From Nitrosopumilus sp. (GTDB lineage: Archaea > Thermoproteota > Nitrososphaeria > Nitrososphaerales > Nitrosopumilaceae): a stretch of DNA of 64,000 nt. The stretch is from positions 1,271,849 through 1,335,848 of the forward strand of contig CBDBLX010000002.1 of the NCBI GenBank assembly GCA_965207445.1, written 5' to 3'. Made by a program: the position numbers and the translations under genes. This document shows, in pieces, positions 53,572 through 64,000 of the stretch. The notes below the pieces were generated by a model. The model saw only the letters and a program-made list of their open reading frames with translations, was not told where the DNA came from and did not search any database. Within the stretch, counting starts at the first letter, position 1. Each line of letters opens with the position of its first letter.

Positions 53572-56175
53572 CTACCTTGACTCAAGTTGTGTCAGTACTT
53601 CTGCAATCTGCGGCCACAACGGACTGCTGTATTTTTCAGAGTTGGCGCGGGCCTCTGCTGCTGTCGTCGGGTTGTCGTGGGTAATCTCGCCAAAGGCAGC
53701 TAGAACGCGGTTCCATCTGTCCACGTGATCTGCGCCGTGATGCACCTGGGCCGCCTGCGCCCTTACCTTGGAGACGAGCTCCGGGTCTATGGCGGGCGGC
53801 GCGTCCGGCTTAGTCGGTACGTCCGGCGGTGTCTGCGGCTCGTCCTGTTCTGCCGCCGCCGCCTCTAGTAATGTCAGCACGTCTGCAACCTGCGGCCACA
53901 ACGGACTGCTGTATTTTTCAGAGTTGGCGCGGGCCTCTGCTGCTGTCGTCGGGTTGTCGTGGGTAATCTCGCCAAAGGCAGCTAGAACGCGGTTCCACCT
54001 CTCCACGTGTGCGTCGCCGTGCTGCACCTGGGCCGCCATCGCGGTCACATTGGCGATCAGCGCTGGATCTATGGCAACCACCGGGGGCTCTTGCACCTGC
54101 TGCAGTCCAAACGCCAAATCAGGAGGCGGCGTCATCTGCATCTCTTGCGGGGCCGTGCCGTTGCCGGCGTCTGGTATGTTCAGGGTCTCACTAGAATGTG
54201 TGCCTAGGGTGTAACCGATGCCTGTGTTTATCGTTAATGTGACGGTGTTGTTGCTGTCTACGATGTTGTCGTTGATTGTATCGACTTGAAGGGTGTAAGA
54301 GCCGCTTGTAGGAATTGTTATGGTACGCAAGCCGGTGTCAGATGCGTTGAGTATGTTGCCGGTGTCAGATAACGTCACGTTTACAGGCAACGGCGCCTGA
54401 AGGGGCTTGATAGAGTCTGCGCTTATCCCAAATGACACGGGTTCGCCTTCTACTCCATGACCGCTGATGTCAATTGACACTTTGGGAGGTGGAACCTCGG
54501 CAAACGATGCAAAGGGAGTTATGGTTCCAGATGATGAGTCATCTATCTGGTACGTCACACCTGACGGGGAACTGATCTTATAGCCAGTGCCTGGAAGCAG
54601 TGTTATCGTAACGGTGCCGCCTCCCTGGTTTCCAGCAGTCGGTCCTCTGATGGGAATGGAGCCGGCCGGACTTGCATTCTGGCCCGTTGCAATGGTGGTA
54701 GTAAAGTTGCCCGTCTCACTAGTGAGTAGATAATTGTTTGTCTGTGCCACGTTGTAGTTTATAGTAAGGTTCGAGCATGCCAGATATCCTGATTTGAACA
54801 GCCCACTGATCGGTATGTTGGCGCCAGAGTTCTCTCTTATTGCAAGTTCATTAGGAGATGTGGGTCTGTCTATGTATACTCCAGGGCCGTCAGGGTGCGG
54901 ACGCAGCTCTGTCAGTGTCATCCTCTGCCAGTTCTCATCGCCTCCACGTATCTGGTAGTTATTACCGTTGTCTACTAGTCTAAATTCAATCCAATTCTGA
55001 CCAGAGGGGTTGCAGTCCCTTACGGTATTCATCTGATGATAGTTAGTGCGGCCGTACACGTAGGCTGTGTGCGTATGCTCGTCGGGCGTGGCGAGTATGT
55101 GACCGCTGTCTTTAGTCTGGAACTTTACTGCCAGCGCAGAACTTGAGATGTGCGGTGGGTCCACGTGTATGGCTATCGTAACCTTGCGGCCCTCAAAATA
55201 GGAGCCTAACGGGCCCAGTGTGACGCACGGTTTGTCTTTGGTGCACGCATTGGACGGTGGGGGCGGGGGAGAATCATTGTCACGTACAGTAAAGGTGATG
55301 CTTTTCGAATTGGTCAGATAATAGTCCGGAAGTCCTTTGGTGCTCGGAAGCAGTGTTATCGTAACGGTACCATCAGACTCGACAGTGTCATCATCTATAG
55401 TAGTAAGTTCAAACCGGTGCATTCCTGTCGCGTTCACCTGCATGTCACCTGTCTGACCTGGAGATAGATAATTCCCACTGGCGGTGATTCGATAGTTGAG
55501 TTGACCTTCCCTATCCCCCAGAGTGAGGAACAATAGAACACTAATAGTGTCACCCTCAGTAATCGTCGTATCAAAGCCACCATTGCCAACCCTTAAACTC
55601 GGTATGGATGCGATTCTGGGTGGGGTGTTGTCGTCAGCAATTTTAAAAATTGGTGATATGCCATACGAGTATCTGGCGGAGTGTAAAATTTGGCCGCGCT
55701 CGTTTCGGCTTTGGCTTGACTCGCCCGGCGTCCCTCCGGCGTAAAAGTCATCGTAATTGTCAGCTATTTTGCTCCCACCAAGCCAGTAGACAGGAACTCC
55801 GGGGTATTGTGTAAATGTATGAGCTCTGATGTCGTCACGGTCAGTGTGACCAAAGTGCAACACTCGGAAATGCCCAGGATAAACAGTCCAGCCTGCATCT
55901 CTGACTAATTTTTGTATTTTCTGATCGGTAAATGAATGGCCCACTGATGGTGTAAATAGCAGTCTAAACGGATCGCCGGCATCTAGGCCAGCCGGAATAT
56001 AATTCCAATTTTGTGGTACCTCTATTACAGTTTGCGCATGAGCTTGCTCACTAGTTCCAAGTACGGCCACCGCGCCGAGTACTAGTAGAACTGTCAGTAT
56101 ACATGGCTTGTACAGCCACCCCCCCCCCCCCAACACATACTTTACATCACGCGATAATATCATGTATGGACTCAA
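53572..56175 (-). CDS. Large secreted surface protein with Calx-beta/Ig-like repeats and a duplicated C-terminal helical module
   Basis: Signal peptide; TIDDDTVESDGTVTITLLP-type repeats; two ~66-aa RWNRVLAAFGEITHDNP repeats. Confidence 0.85.
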   Translation of the reverse strand: MSPYMILSRDVKYVLGGGGWLYKPCILTVLLVLGAVAVLGTSEQAHAQTVIEVPQNWNYIPAGLDAGDPFRLLFTPSVGHSFTDQKIQKLVRDAGWTVYPGHFRVLHFGHTDRDDIRAHTFTQYPGVPVYWLGGSKIADNYDDFYAGGTPGESSQSRNERGQILHSARYSYGISPIFKIADDNTPPRIASIPSLRVGNGGFDTTITEGDTISVLLFLTLGDREGQLNYRITASGNYLSPGQTGDMQVNATGMHRFELTTIDDDTVESDGTVTITLLPSTKGLPDYYLTNSKSITFTVRDNDSPPPPPSNACTKDKPCVTLGPLGSYFEGRKVTIAIHVDPPHISSSALAVKFQTKDSGHILATPDEHTHTAYVYGRTNYHQMNTVRDCNPSGQNWIEFRLVDNGNNYQIRGGDENWQRMTLTELRPHPDGPGVYIDRPTSPNELAIRENSGANIPISGLFKSGYLACSNLTINYNVAQTNNYLLTSETGNFTTTIATGQNASPAGSIPIRGPTAGNQGGGTVTITLLPGTGYKISSPSGVTYQIDDSSSGTITPFASFAEVPPPKVSIDISGHGVEGEPVSFGISADSIKPLQAPLPVNVTLSDTGNILNASDTGLRTITIPTSGSYTLQVDTINDNIVDSNNTVTLTINTGIGYTLGTHSSETLNIPDAGNGTAPQEMQMTPPPDLAFGLQQVQEPPVVAIDPALIANVTAMAAQVQHGDAHVERWNRVLAAFGEITHDNPTTAAEARANSEKYSSPLWPQVADVLTLLEAAAAEQDEPQTPPDVPTKPDAPPAIDPELVSKVRAQAAQVHHGADHVDRWNRVLAAFGEITHDNPTTAAEARANSEKYSSPLWPQIAEVLTQLESR

Positions 56176-56463
56176 GCAGAGTTGTATTTAAACTTACTCT
56201 AGACAACGGCGGTAACCTTTCTTATGCAACACGCTATTCAGATCGGCAGTGTTATAATTGTGTAAGGCGTAAGTATATTGCCGAAGGGTGGTGCGGTGTA
56301 TCACCTATGGAATGTACTTGCGGGGGGCTCCTCGCTGTACATTCTTGGCGTTCAACTTGGGTATACCTTGTAGCCATGACCCTCTACGACATTATTCTTG
56401 TTTCTTAGCTTGCTAAGGATAATGGTCCAGTACTTGTCAAATGAGTCATTATCTATGAGGTGC

Positions 56464-56492
56464 GGGGGGGGGGGGGGGAGGTGAACGCTTGC
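56464..56492. mobile_element. Orphan right TIR of the IS66-like element
   Basis: G-run plus GTGAACGCTTGC, the reverse complement of the 8671 end. Confidence 0.6.
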
Positions 56493-56853
56493 AACCTTTC
56501 ATTGTCACAAACGTCACCCAGAAGATGACATGTAAATTTTCCGGGCTTTATTATCAAACCATCGTTTTTAAAACAAATGTGTAGAGTCAGAAAATCATGT
56601 CACCATGATACATAAGAGACACAACATACGATGGTAGATGATGACTTGCTAGTGACCATACCGGATGTAAACGAATAGTGACAAGAGATGACACGCCGTA
56701 TAGTAAAGCAGGCACAAAAACATGGAAAAAACCCCATACGCAAGTTTGATACACTGGATGCAAGACACATAGTACGTGAAAAAAAAATAGGGCACGACCC
56801 TCCATAATCGCCCAACATGTTGGTGCTAGCATCAGTGCAATCAGTGCAACGCA

Positions 56854-56963
56854 TAATAGTTTCATTAAAGATCCGATAGTTTTCTAATATTTTGTATTCA
56901 TAATATGTGCTCAACTTCGAGATAAATATCAATCAAAATATCGGATCTTTAATCATATCAGTA
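56854..56963 (-). mobile_element. MITE-B copy 4
   Basis: TSD CGCA. Confidence 0.9.
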
Positions 56964-57339
56964 CGCATATGGCGTGTTCAATGATCGTATAGGTTGTATT
57001 CTATACCACTCAAAACGTCATGGAAGACATCCCGGCATAGAGTCCATACTAGAGGAAAAATTTCACCAAAAGCGATGTCTGAACTGATTCACACATTGGA
57101 CTAATTGGTAATACTCATCACACTTGGCGTATGTCATACACCGTGACGTAAAAATTTAATCATTTTATGTCTAATTTACTGAAACAGCATCAGCAACAAC
57201 AACAGCATTATCATCATCCTACACTGACTACCAAAAATTGTTATTAGACAATGTCATAGGAATACATGTCACAACTCTATGGTGTGACATTATTTTCTGA
57301 CATCACTACACATATCATCATCATTTACCACAACGTGCT

Positions 57340-58857
57340 TTAAGGTAAATCAAGTGTAGGTAGAGTAATGCCATAAAATATTGGATAATTGGTTAATGTG
57401 ACGTCCCCGTGTGCAAAACCCCATACAGTTATTGTGTATACACCGGGTCCGTGCTCTAATAAAATGTGTGAAATATTAGCCGTTACATCCAAGTGTTCTG
57501 ATGATTGATTCCACTCTTCTGCAACAACAAATGGAATCGTACGTTTGAGCGCAATTGCAGGGTTTTCACTTGCATGTTTAGCTTGTGTGTGAGCCGCATG
57601 TGCCTCGTCAACTGATTTTGGTGCAGGTATGCCGTGAAATATGCGATATGGGTCAGGACAGTCAAATGAGACTAATTCTTGATAAGTGGTGTCAAGATAG
57701 CGTGAGCCTGGGTCTGGTGGTGATAAAATAGTGGCTACTGAGAGACCATGATCATAACAATATGTGTTGGCGATCTGACCTTGTGTAAGATTGCGTGGGG
57801 GTGGGTCATATGTTACTAGTATAGAGGTATCGGATGAAACTCTAATGTCATTTTTTGTATCAAGTGAAAATGACAGTATGCCATCATTTATTGAAGGTTT
57901 TTGGGAAAATAACACATAATCATACTCAAAGTGCTGTACAATCATCATATTGTAATCATTCCATGCTAGTCCGATGTTTAAAAATTTGTGATGAGGATCA
58001 AGTATGTTATCACGGTGCCCTGGACTTGTCATAAATGATTGGACTGACTCTTGTACGTGTGATCTTGGTGATATTCTCATATAATTTTCTGATGCTTTTA
58101 TGCAATATGACAAACCCTGGACGTTCTCTGCATTGTGTTGATGTCCTCCTGCAAGTGCGTATCGCATGTATGGTTTGAGTCCGTCAACACCCCAGTGCCC
58201 AGTTACGCAGTTATCTAGCATTGAGTTTGCATGATATTGAGCAGCTTTATTTTTTCCAAGTTTAACTGGTTCAAGTCCTAAAAATGTACGCTCATCATTT
58301 ACAAGTTCAAGCATGTACAACTTTAGATCAGATGTGAGATCATCTGCAGATCTATCAGAGTTGATGGATTTTATCTGTGATTCTGTATTGGTGCGCTGTG
58401 CGATAATCTCTGCTGGGTTGATCTTTTGTGTGTCAGCAGGCTCTACTGTAATGTCATCGGCATGCTCTGAGGCAGTATGGGTATTTGATAACAAGTCTGC
58501 ATCATCTAGAGTATTTTTTTGTGCGTCAGTATCATCTGCAATTACATTTTTTTCAAGGGGTACTTTTTCATCTATATCTTCATTTACATTATAATTTACA
58601 AGTTTCATAATTATATCATTATCGTATACTAGTACTGCTGAGAAAAGTGAAATGGATACTAGTACAGTTATAATAATTGCCACTTTGTGATTCTTTTTAG
58701 TGGCATGGCCATGTTGGTGTGATTTATGTCCATGTGATTTATGTCCATGTGATTTATGTCCATCTGGTCTATATTTATGTGATCTATATTTGTATGGTAC
58801 ATATCTTCTTCTTCCTCCTCTTCTTTCATCCCCACTCCCTCCTGACCTTTTATCCAA
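57340..58857 (-). CDS. Membrane-anchored CAP/SCP-domain protein with a His-rich cytoplasmic N-terminus
   Basis: LELVNDER, AAQYHANSM, AENV and FMTSPGHRDNILDP motifs; GHKSH x3. Confidence 0.9.
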   Translation of the reverse strand: MDKRSGGSGDERRGGRRRYVPYKYRSHKYRPDGHKSHGHKSHGHKSHQHGHATKKNHKVAIIITVLVSISLFSAVLVYDNDIIMKLVNYNVNEDIDEKVPLEKNVIADDTDAQKNTLDDADLLSNTHTASEHADDITVEPADTQKINPAEIIAQRTNTESQIKSINSDRSADDLTSDLKLYMLELVNDERTFLGLEPVKLGKNKAAQYHANSMLDNCVTGHWGVDGLKPYMRYALAGGHQHNAENVQGLSYCIKASENYMRISPRSHVQESVQSFMTSPGHRDNILDPHHKFLNIGLAWNDYNMMIVQHFEYDYVLFSQKPSINDGILSFSLDTKNDIRVSSDTSILVTYDPPPRNLTQGQIANTYCYDHGLSVATILSPPDPGSRYLDTTYQELVSFDCPDPYRIFHGIPAPKSVDEAHAAHTQAKHASENPAIALKRTIPFVVAEEWNQSSEHLDVTANISHILLEHGPGVYTITVWGFAHGDVTLTNYPIFYGITLPTLDLP

Positions 58858-59137
58858 TGATAAATTACCTTGTAAAAATTATATCTACTTTTCTGTCAAC
58901 TAGACAACAAAAGACTAGAAAACAAATACATGACCGTTTCTATAGTTGTTCAAATAATTGACAAACACGCACATAGATTTTAGCAAATGTACATTCATAC
59001 GAGACTAATGACCATCTATGCGAAACTGATTAGCAATACAAAAATGCAAAAATCTCAGATATTGTTTTAATTACCATATATGATATCTCTTTTTTATGAA
59101 TTTGCTCAGGTGTCTACTGTCACAAACAGATAAACTA

Positions 59138-60043
59138 CTAGATTGATACACCTGAAATCTTCTCAAAAGAATCGACATATCGCATGGTCATCTTTGATAC
59201 AACCTCAGCAGGAATTGTTGGTGCTGTGGGTGTTTTACCTGCAATATGGTCTTGCTCAAATTGTGCTTTGTATCCGTTATCTGTCAACCAATCACGAAGT
59301 ATCTGTTTGTCATACGAATTTTGAGTACGACTAGGCTCAAACGTATCTTTTGGCCACAATCTATACTCATCAGGACCAATAGAGTCACCTAACACTATTG
59401 CATCAACATCACAGTCACTCAACTCTGAACCATTACAATTGATATATTCTGCCAAGACGCCAAACTCTAATTTCAAGTCAGCTAGTATGAATCCTGCAGA
59501 ATTAGCAATTGCTGCCATCTTTTCATATATGAGTATGGATTTTTTTTCTAACCAATCATACTGTACATCAGATATGATACCCATCTCAATTGCAGTTTTT
59601 TTGTCAATTGGTATGTCGTGTTCTGATTTTGTAGTAGGATCAAATATTGGATTAGGTAGTTTGGATGCCAAGACCATGTCTGCATCATTATCATCATTAT
59701 CATCATCATTGGATATTGACACTTTACCTGCCTTCCATCTATCATACAAACTACCATAAAGATAACCTCGTACCACGCACTCAATTGGTAACATCTTCAT
59801 CTTTTTTACTATAATATCTACATTGGATTCCCGTCGTACAAAGTGGTTAGGAATATCCAGCTTTTCAAACCAAAACTCTGCAAACCTACACAGAACCTCA
59901 CCCTTGCGGGGGATATCTTGACTGAACTTTACATCGTATGCAGATACACGATCAGAGAACCTAAACATCAAACAATCAGGTATATGATCAAGTGTATATA
60001 TGTCCTTGACCTTGCCGCCACTAAGAAACTGCATGTTTGTCAT
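59138..60043 (-). CDS. purC: SAICAR synthase
   Basis: GKVKDIY, SDRVSAYD, ECVVRGY, ADLKLEFG and YDKQILRDW motifs. Confidence 0.97.
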   Translation of the reverse strand: MTNMQFLSGGKVKDIYTLDHIPDCLMFRFSDRVSAYDVKFSQDIPRKGEVLCRFAEFWFEKLDIPNHFVRRESNVDIIVKKMKMLPIECVVRGYLYGSLYDRWKAGKVSISNDDDNDDNDADMVLASKLPNPIFDPTTKSEHDIPIDKKTAIEMGIISDVQYDWLEKKSILIYEKMAAIANSAGFILADLKLEFGVLAEYINCNGSELSDCDVDAIVLGDSIGPDEYRLWPKDTFEPSRTQNSYDKQILRDWLTDNGYKAQFEQDHIAGKTPTAPTIPAEVVSKMTMRYVDSFEKISGVSI

Positions 60044-60459
60044 GTGTTAAAGGCTGATTTAATCACTACTATAGTGATGTTTGTAAATTCTGACACAACA
60101 GGTGGGAATTATATACTTGTGTAGCACAATAATATAATCAGTTAAATGCATCTTTGGGTAGCCAGTAGACATACACCTTGTGACACAGTCCGGAATATTG
60201 AAGAGCCGTAGGGATGGTTGTGTCCAAGGTAGCCGATGGCAGTGCATGTGATGCCATAACAGATATTTTAAATGTTAAAATGTGGATAATGATGAATAAC
60301 TCACGTTGAATCAGGGAGGCGACTGCAGTCTCGTTGAATTCTCATCTTATACATGATCACCGAGAGTCGGATTGGTACAATATGCCTGTCAAGATACTGT
60401 GGACGATCGACTGACGTGCTTTGAAAAAGATGATATATACATAAAGTACATACATAATC

Positions 60460-60807
60460 ATGTCTGAAGACAAAGACTCAGACTTGCAGCATTTTGGTGG
60501 TGAGCGTTGGAAGCAGTTGTATAGAGATCAACTGACACTTGATGATAGCACTATGCCAATTCGTAGCTCAAGTTGGGAAGCAATCAGCTCATTGTACAAA
60601 GAACGACTTAAAGATACATTCGAGACTCGATATCTAGATAAATCATTAATCCTTAAGAATCGTAAAGGTAGCCCATTGTTTGAACTTGTATTTTGTACTG
60701 GCAGTACAAGGAGAAGCGCAATTTTGGCTTCTCATCGCATTGCCAAATATATCATAGATTATGAGACACATAGTACAAATACTAAAGCCGACGTCAATTC
60801 CGGATAA
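60460..60807 (+). pseudogene. C-terminal remnant of a three-Cys-motif partner (TcmP-like) protein
   Basis: FGGERW...LKNRKGSPLFELVF; adjacent to the DUF5131 gene. Confidence 0.6.
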
Positions 60808-60827
60808 CAGACTTTGGATGTGTAAAA

Positions 60828-61577
60828 ATGGCTTCAAAATCAGGCATTCAATGGACCGACGCAACATGGAATCCTGCCACAGGGTGCTCCAAGGTTTCGC
60901 CGGGATGCAAAAACTGTTACGCAGAGACGCTGGCTTATAGACTGCAGCGCATGGGTCAATCAAAATACAAAAACGGATTCAAATACACTGAGCACACATC
61001 TAGCATTGAACTCCCTCTCAAGTGGAAAAAGCCAAGAAAAATATTTGTCAACAGTATGTCCGACATGTTTCACGAGGAGTCGGATCAGACATTTGTGGCA
61101 AGATGTTTTGATGTTATGATCAAGGCAAACTGGCACACATATCAGATATTAACAAAAAGACCACGTCGCATGATGGAGTTTTCAAAAATGTTTTACAGGT
61201 ATTTTGGATTCAACATTCCCAAGCATATGTGGATGGGCACAAGTGTTGAAAGTCAGAACTACACTCACAGAATAAATGAATTGCGACAAGTACATTGTGA
61301 GACGCGGTTTGTGAGCTTTGAACCACTACTTGGCCTCATTACCGACCTAGATCTTTCACACATAGACTGGGCGATTATTGGAGGAGAAAGTGGCAAGGGT
61401 TACCGTCCTGTGCAAAAAGAATGGATATTGCAAATTGTCTCACAGTGTCGCCAGCAAGACGTGCGCGTGTTTTTCAAACAGTGGGGAGGAATCAGGCCAA
61501 AATCTGGAGGAAGAGAGATCGATGGTACGGAGTACAATGAGTACCCCGACACGAAATACGCAATACCGAGTACATAA
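60828..61577 (+). CDS. DUF5131 / phage Gp37-Gp68 three-Cys-motif protein
   Basis: WNPATGCSKVSPGCKNCYA, FVNSMSD, GGESG and FFKQWGG motifs. Confidence 0.93.
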   Translation: MASKSGIQWTDATWNPATGCSKVSPGCKNCYAETLAYRLQRMGQSKYKNGFKYTEHTSSIELPLKWKKPRKIFVNSMSDMFHEESDQTFVARCFDVMIKANWHTYQILTKRPRRMMEFSKMFYRYFGFNIPKHMWMGTSVESQNYTHRINELRQVHCETRFVSFEPLLGLITDLDLSHIDWAIIGGESGKGYRPVQKEWILQIVSQCRQQDVRVFFKQWGGIRPKSGGREIDGTEYNEYPDTKYAIPST

Positions 61578-61672
61578 TGCTGGCATAGAAACGTATGGCA
61601 CAGTAACGTTCACAAAGTAGCAAGCGTCCAAGACGTTGTAACAAGACATATACAAATTTGGACATATGTTTA

Positions 61673-63379
61673 CATCATGGAGAACTTCTCAAGCCCCGTC
61701 TTTGCAGGCTTTCAATTCTTTGACTCAAACTCTTCGGGCAGTTCAGATATGAGACGGTCTGCTTCCATACTGACATATAACAGCCTCCGTATTATGAGCT
61801 CAACTTCATTTCCAGATGTGCCTTCAAGAGGCCAATTTTCTATACCCGCGTCATCATCTGTGCTTACACCATATCAGTAGTTCGCAATGTGTTTTATATG
61901 ATTTTATTTAAATAATCTGCAATGTCGTTGAACGTTGATGATCATATTTGATCAGATCAAATAGAAAGTATAATATGTGGGGACATTTTAGTACCTCTGA
62001 TAATATATGAAAAATGAGGTACTAGAACATCAATATGAATTAGGACAAGTAAATTATAAAGTTTTACGAAAACGATTCGACGATCTCGGACTAGACATAT
62101 CAACCAGATATAACCACACGTATGAGGTGGATGATTATCTTGGTACACTTGTCACCATGTCACTCAACAACATGTGCGTAAATGCAGCAACACACAAAAG
62201 AAAACGCAATGAGGCTAACTATTTTAGAAAAAACGAGCGCATAAACATACCATCTGAAAATACTGTGCTCAAATGCCTAAAAAGTGCAGATCTAGAGAAA
62301 GTAAAACAATGGGGTGACGAGAATGTCAAAGCAATGCTCAAGAATGCCAAAAAACACAACATGTTCAAAAAAGGTGGTACTATTGCAATTGATATGACCG
62401 GATGGGAATATTATGGCAAGGCACTCAAACCCGAGATGCTAAAAACAAAGCCCAAAAATGGTACTGCGAGATTTCATTCATTTATGACGGCACAAATGGT
62501 AAATCAAGCAGGTAACATACCTTTGTTTGCACATCGTGTGACCAGTAAGGATAAAATGGTCACAGTCATGCGTAAAATCATTGAAAAATTAATTCGAGAG
62601 GATGCACGTCCGGAACTTGGCCTCTTTGATCGGGGTTTTTACAATGTTGCATGCATAGATGAACTTTTGCGCTTGCGCCTGTCTTTCATAATGCCGGCAA
62701 TTAAAAATAAGCGCATACAAAAATATATTTTAGAAGTTCACAACAAAAAGAGAAAAACTGCATCAGTCATTGAGATGCGTGATAAAAACAAAAAAGCAGT
62801 AAAGTTCACATTACTTATCGTCAAAAAAAATAATGCCAAAGAAACTGATAAAACAGTCGATCAGTATGTGGCATTTGCCACAAATATGAAAATCACTAGC
62901 AAAAGCAAACTCATCAAAACCATCCCAGAGACTTATCGCAAGCGCTGGATAATAGAGACTGGATACAGAGTGATAAAAAACACGACTCCAAAGACAACTA
63001 GCAACGCCTTGCAGCTTCGATTACTGTTGATATTTTTTGGAATGTTATTATATGGTTTATGGGTAATGGCAAGGTACGAAAATTACGGCGGACTTGTAGA
63101 TGAAAAATTATTCACAATGGATGCGTTTGTAGATTCAATTGCCGGTTCAATCAGAAGACTGCTTCGGTGGGAATTGGAGCACGGTGGTTCCTTACCATTG
63201 TAAATCTATCGTACTGCATAATTAGAAATAAGATCATTAAAATTGAGCACATTGCGAACTACTGATATACCTGTCAACAAACCAACCGAGTAAAGTCCTA
63301 CCATTTATCATATAATCGCATATTGGTAGATCGTCGTATACTATCACATCGTCAATCTTTAAGACATGTTGGTTAAGCG
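61673..63379 (-). pseudogene. 3' remnant of a second Type ISP-like gene, split by ISH3
   Basis: CDYMINGRTLLGWFVDRY (63265-63379) rejoins GVSTDDDAGIENWP...LIIRRLLYVSMEA (below 61875). Confidence 0.6.
61875..63264 (+). mobile_element. ISH3-like element copy 2, transposase 62007-63203
   Basis: TSD ATAT; protein differs from copy 1 at about 2 aa. Confidence 0.92.
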
Positions 63380-63657
63380 GGTTCTCCTGCAAACGCGGTT
63401 GGTGGCAATTAATACAGATTTGAACCGTTGCGGTCAATCCGGACACGTAACTAGTATTTTATCACCACGTATGATAAACTTCAAACTCTCGGGGGTTACC
63501 GAGTTTGGCAAGGACCGGCTTTGGAATGTACGAGTAACTGGTTTACTCTTTTCACGTTGTGGGTTATGGATACTTGGAATTCAGTTAGGCATTGGCAGGC
63601 TCATTTAGTCATGTTTGCTATTATCAATCCAACATTAACGTCACTGATATCGGATTG
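63380..63657 (-). mobile_element. IS6-type end fragment, copy 3 (AbrB-like ORF inactivated)
   Basis: GGTTCTCCTGCAAA end; ATG ACT AAA TGA on the minus strand. Confidence 0.65.
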
Positions 63658-63738
63658 GTAACCGTTCAACCCCCTCCAAAATTTAGGTACAGATTCATTG
63701 CCTAACATCTGGAACAGACACGAGGGTTGAACGGTTAC
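63658..63738. mobile_element. MITE-A copy
   Basis: TIRs intact; no TSD. Confidence 0.88.
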
Positions 63739-63894
63739 CTTAGTTACGTACCCTCAATTTATATGCGCGCTTAATAATAAATGTTGTCCTTTTAGTCAAT
63801 TTTTTTTTTGAGTATATTGAATCTAGGACTCGCACAATTGCGACCAACTGCCATACATGGAGACAATTGTCCATGCAGTGCGCTATTGCATGAT

Positions 63895-63974
63895 GTGAGT
63901 CTAAAAAAGCTCGGCCGTCTGCGGATTTTTAATGCGTTTGGCCCCTTACAATATCGTCACTTTTTGAACTACTG
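63895..63974 (-). mobile_element. End fragment of the second ISH3-like subfamily
   Basis: Reverse-complement homolog of 35127-35200, ending TTTTGAACTACTG. Confidence 0.7.
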
Positions 63975-64000
63975 ACATGGATTTCAGTAGAGACTTTGAT

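Noticed and set aside
56214..56500. AACCTTTC repeat as the TSD of a mini IS66 element
   Set aside because: No recognisable left TIR follows the first copy
1..64000. tRNA, rRNA, cas, reverse transcriptase, integrase or viral structural genes
   Set aside because: None recognised by eye; a tRNAscan/Infernal run would be needed to exclude RNA genes

Overview
IS-riddled archaeal accessory and defence region. The host is most likely a Nitrosopumilaceae thaumarchaeon, possibly a symbiont; this is inferred from the F420-type PPOX protein, the archaeal IS types, the serpin, the Calx/CAP surface proteins and the heavy pseudogenisation. The window holds IS110 (x2), IS481 (x2), ISH3-like (2 intact plus remnants), IS5-like, IS66-like, IS630, IS1595 and IS6-type remnants, and two MITE families (81 bp and 110 bp). 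It also holds toxin-antitoxin modules and a 22-kb restriction-modification cluster (frameshifted Type ISP, MvaI/BcnI-type, Mrr, TdeIII-type, Dam-like, DUF2075). A few core genes are present (purC, a receiver protein, an ArsR regulator). The best finding is the IS1111-type IS110 element at 11869-13328. Its 3' non-coding end carries two twin RNA loops whose arms match (i) the exact site it is inserted in, the terminal inverted repeat of an IS481 element, and (ii) its own donor junction. This reads as a candidate archaeal bridge RNA programmed to parasitise another IS. All protein family calls come from motif recognition by eye; no database search was run.
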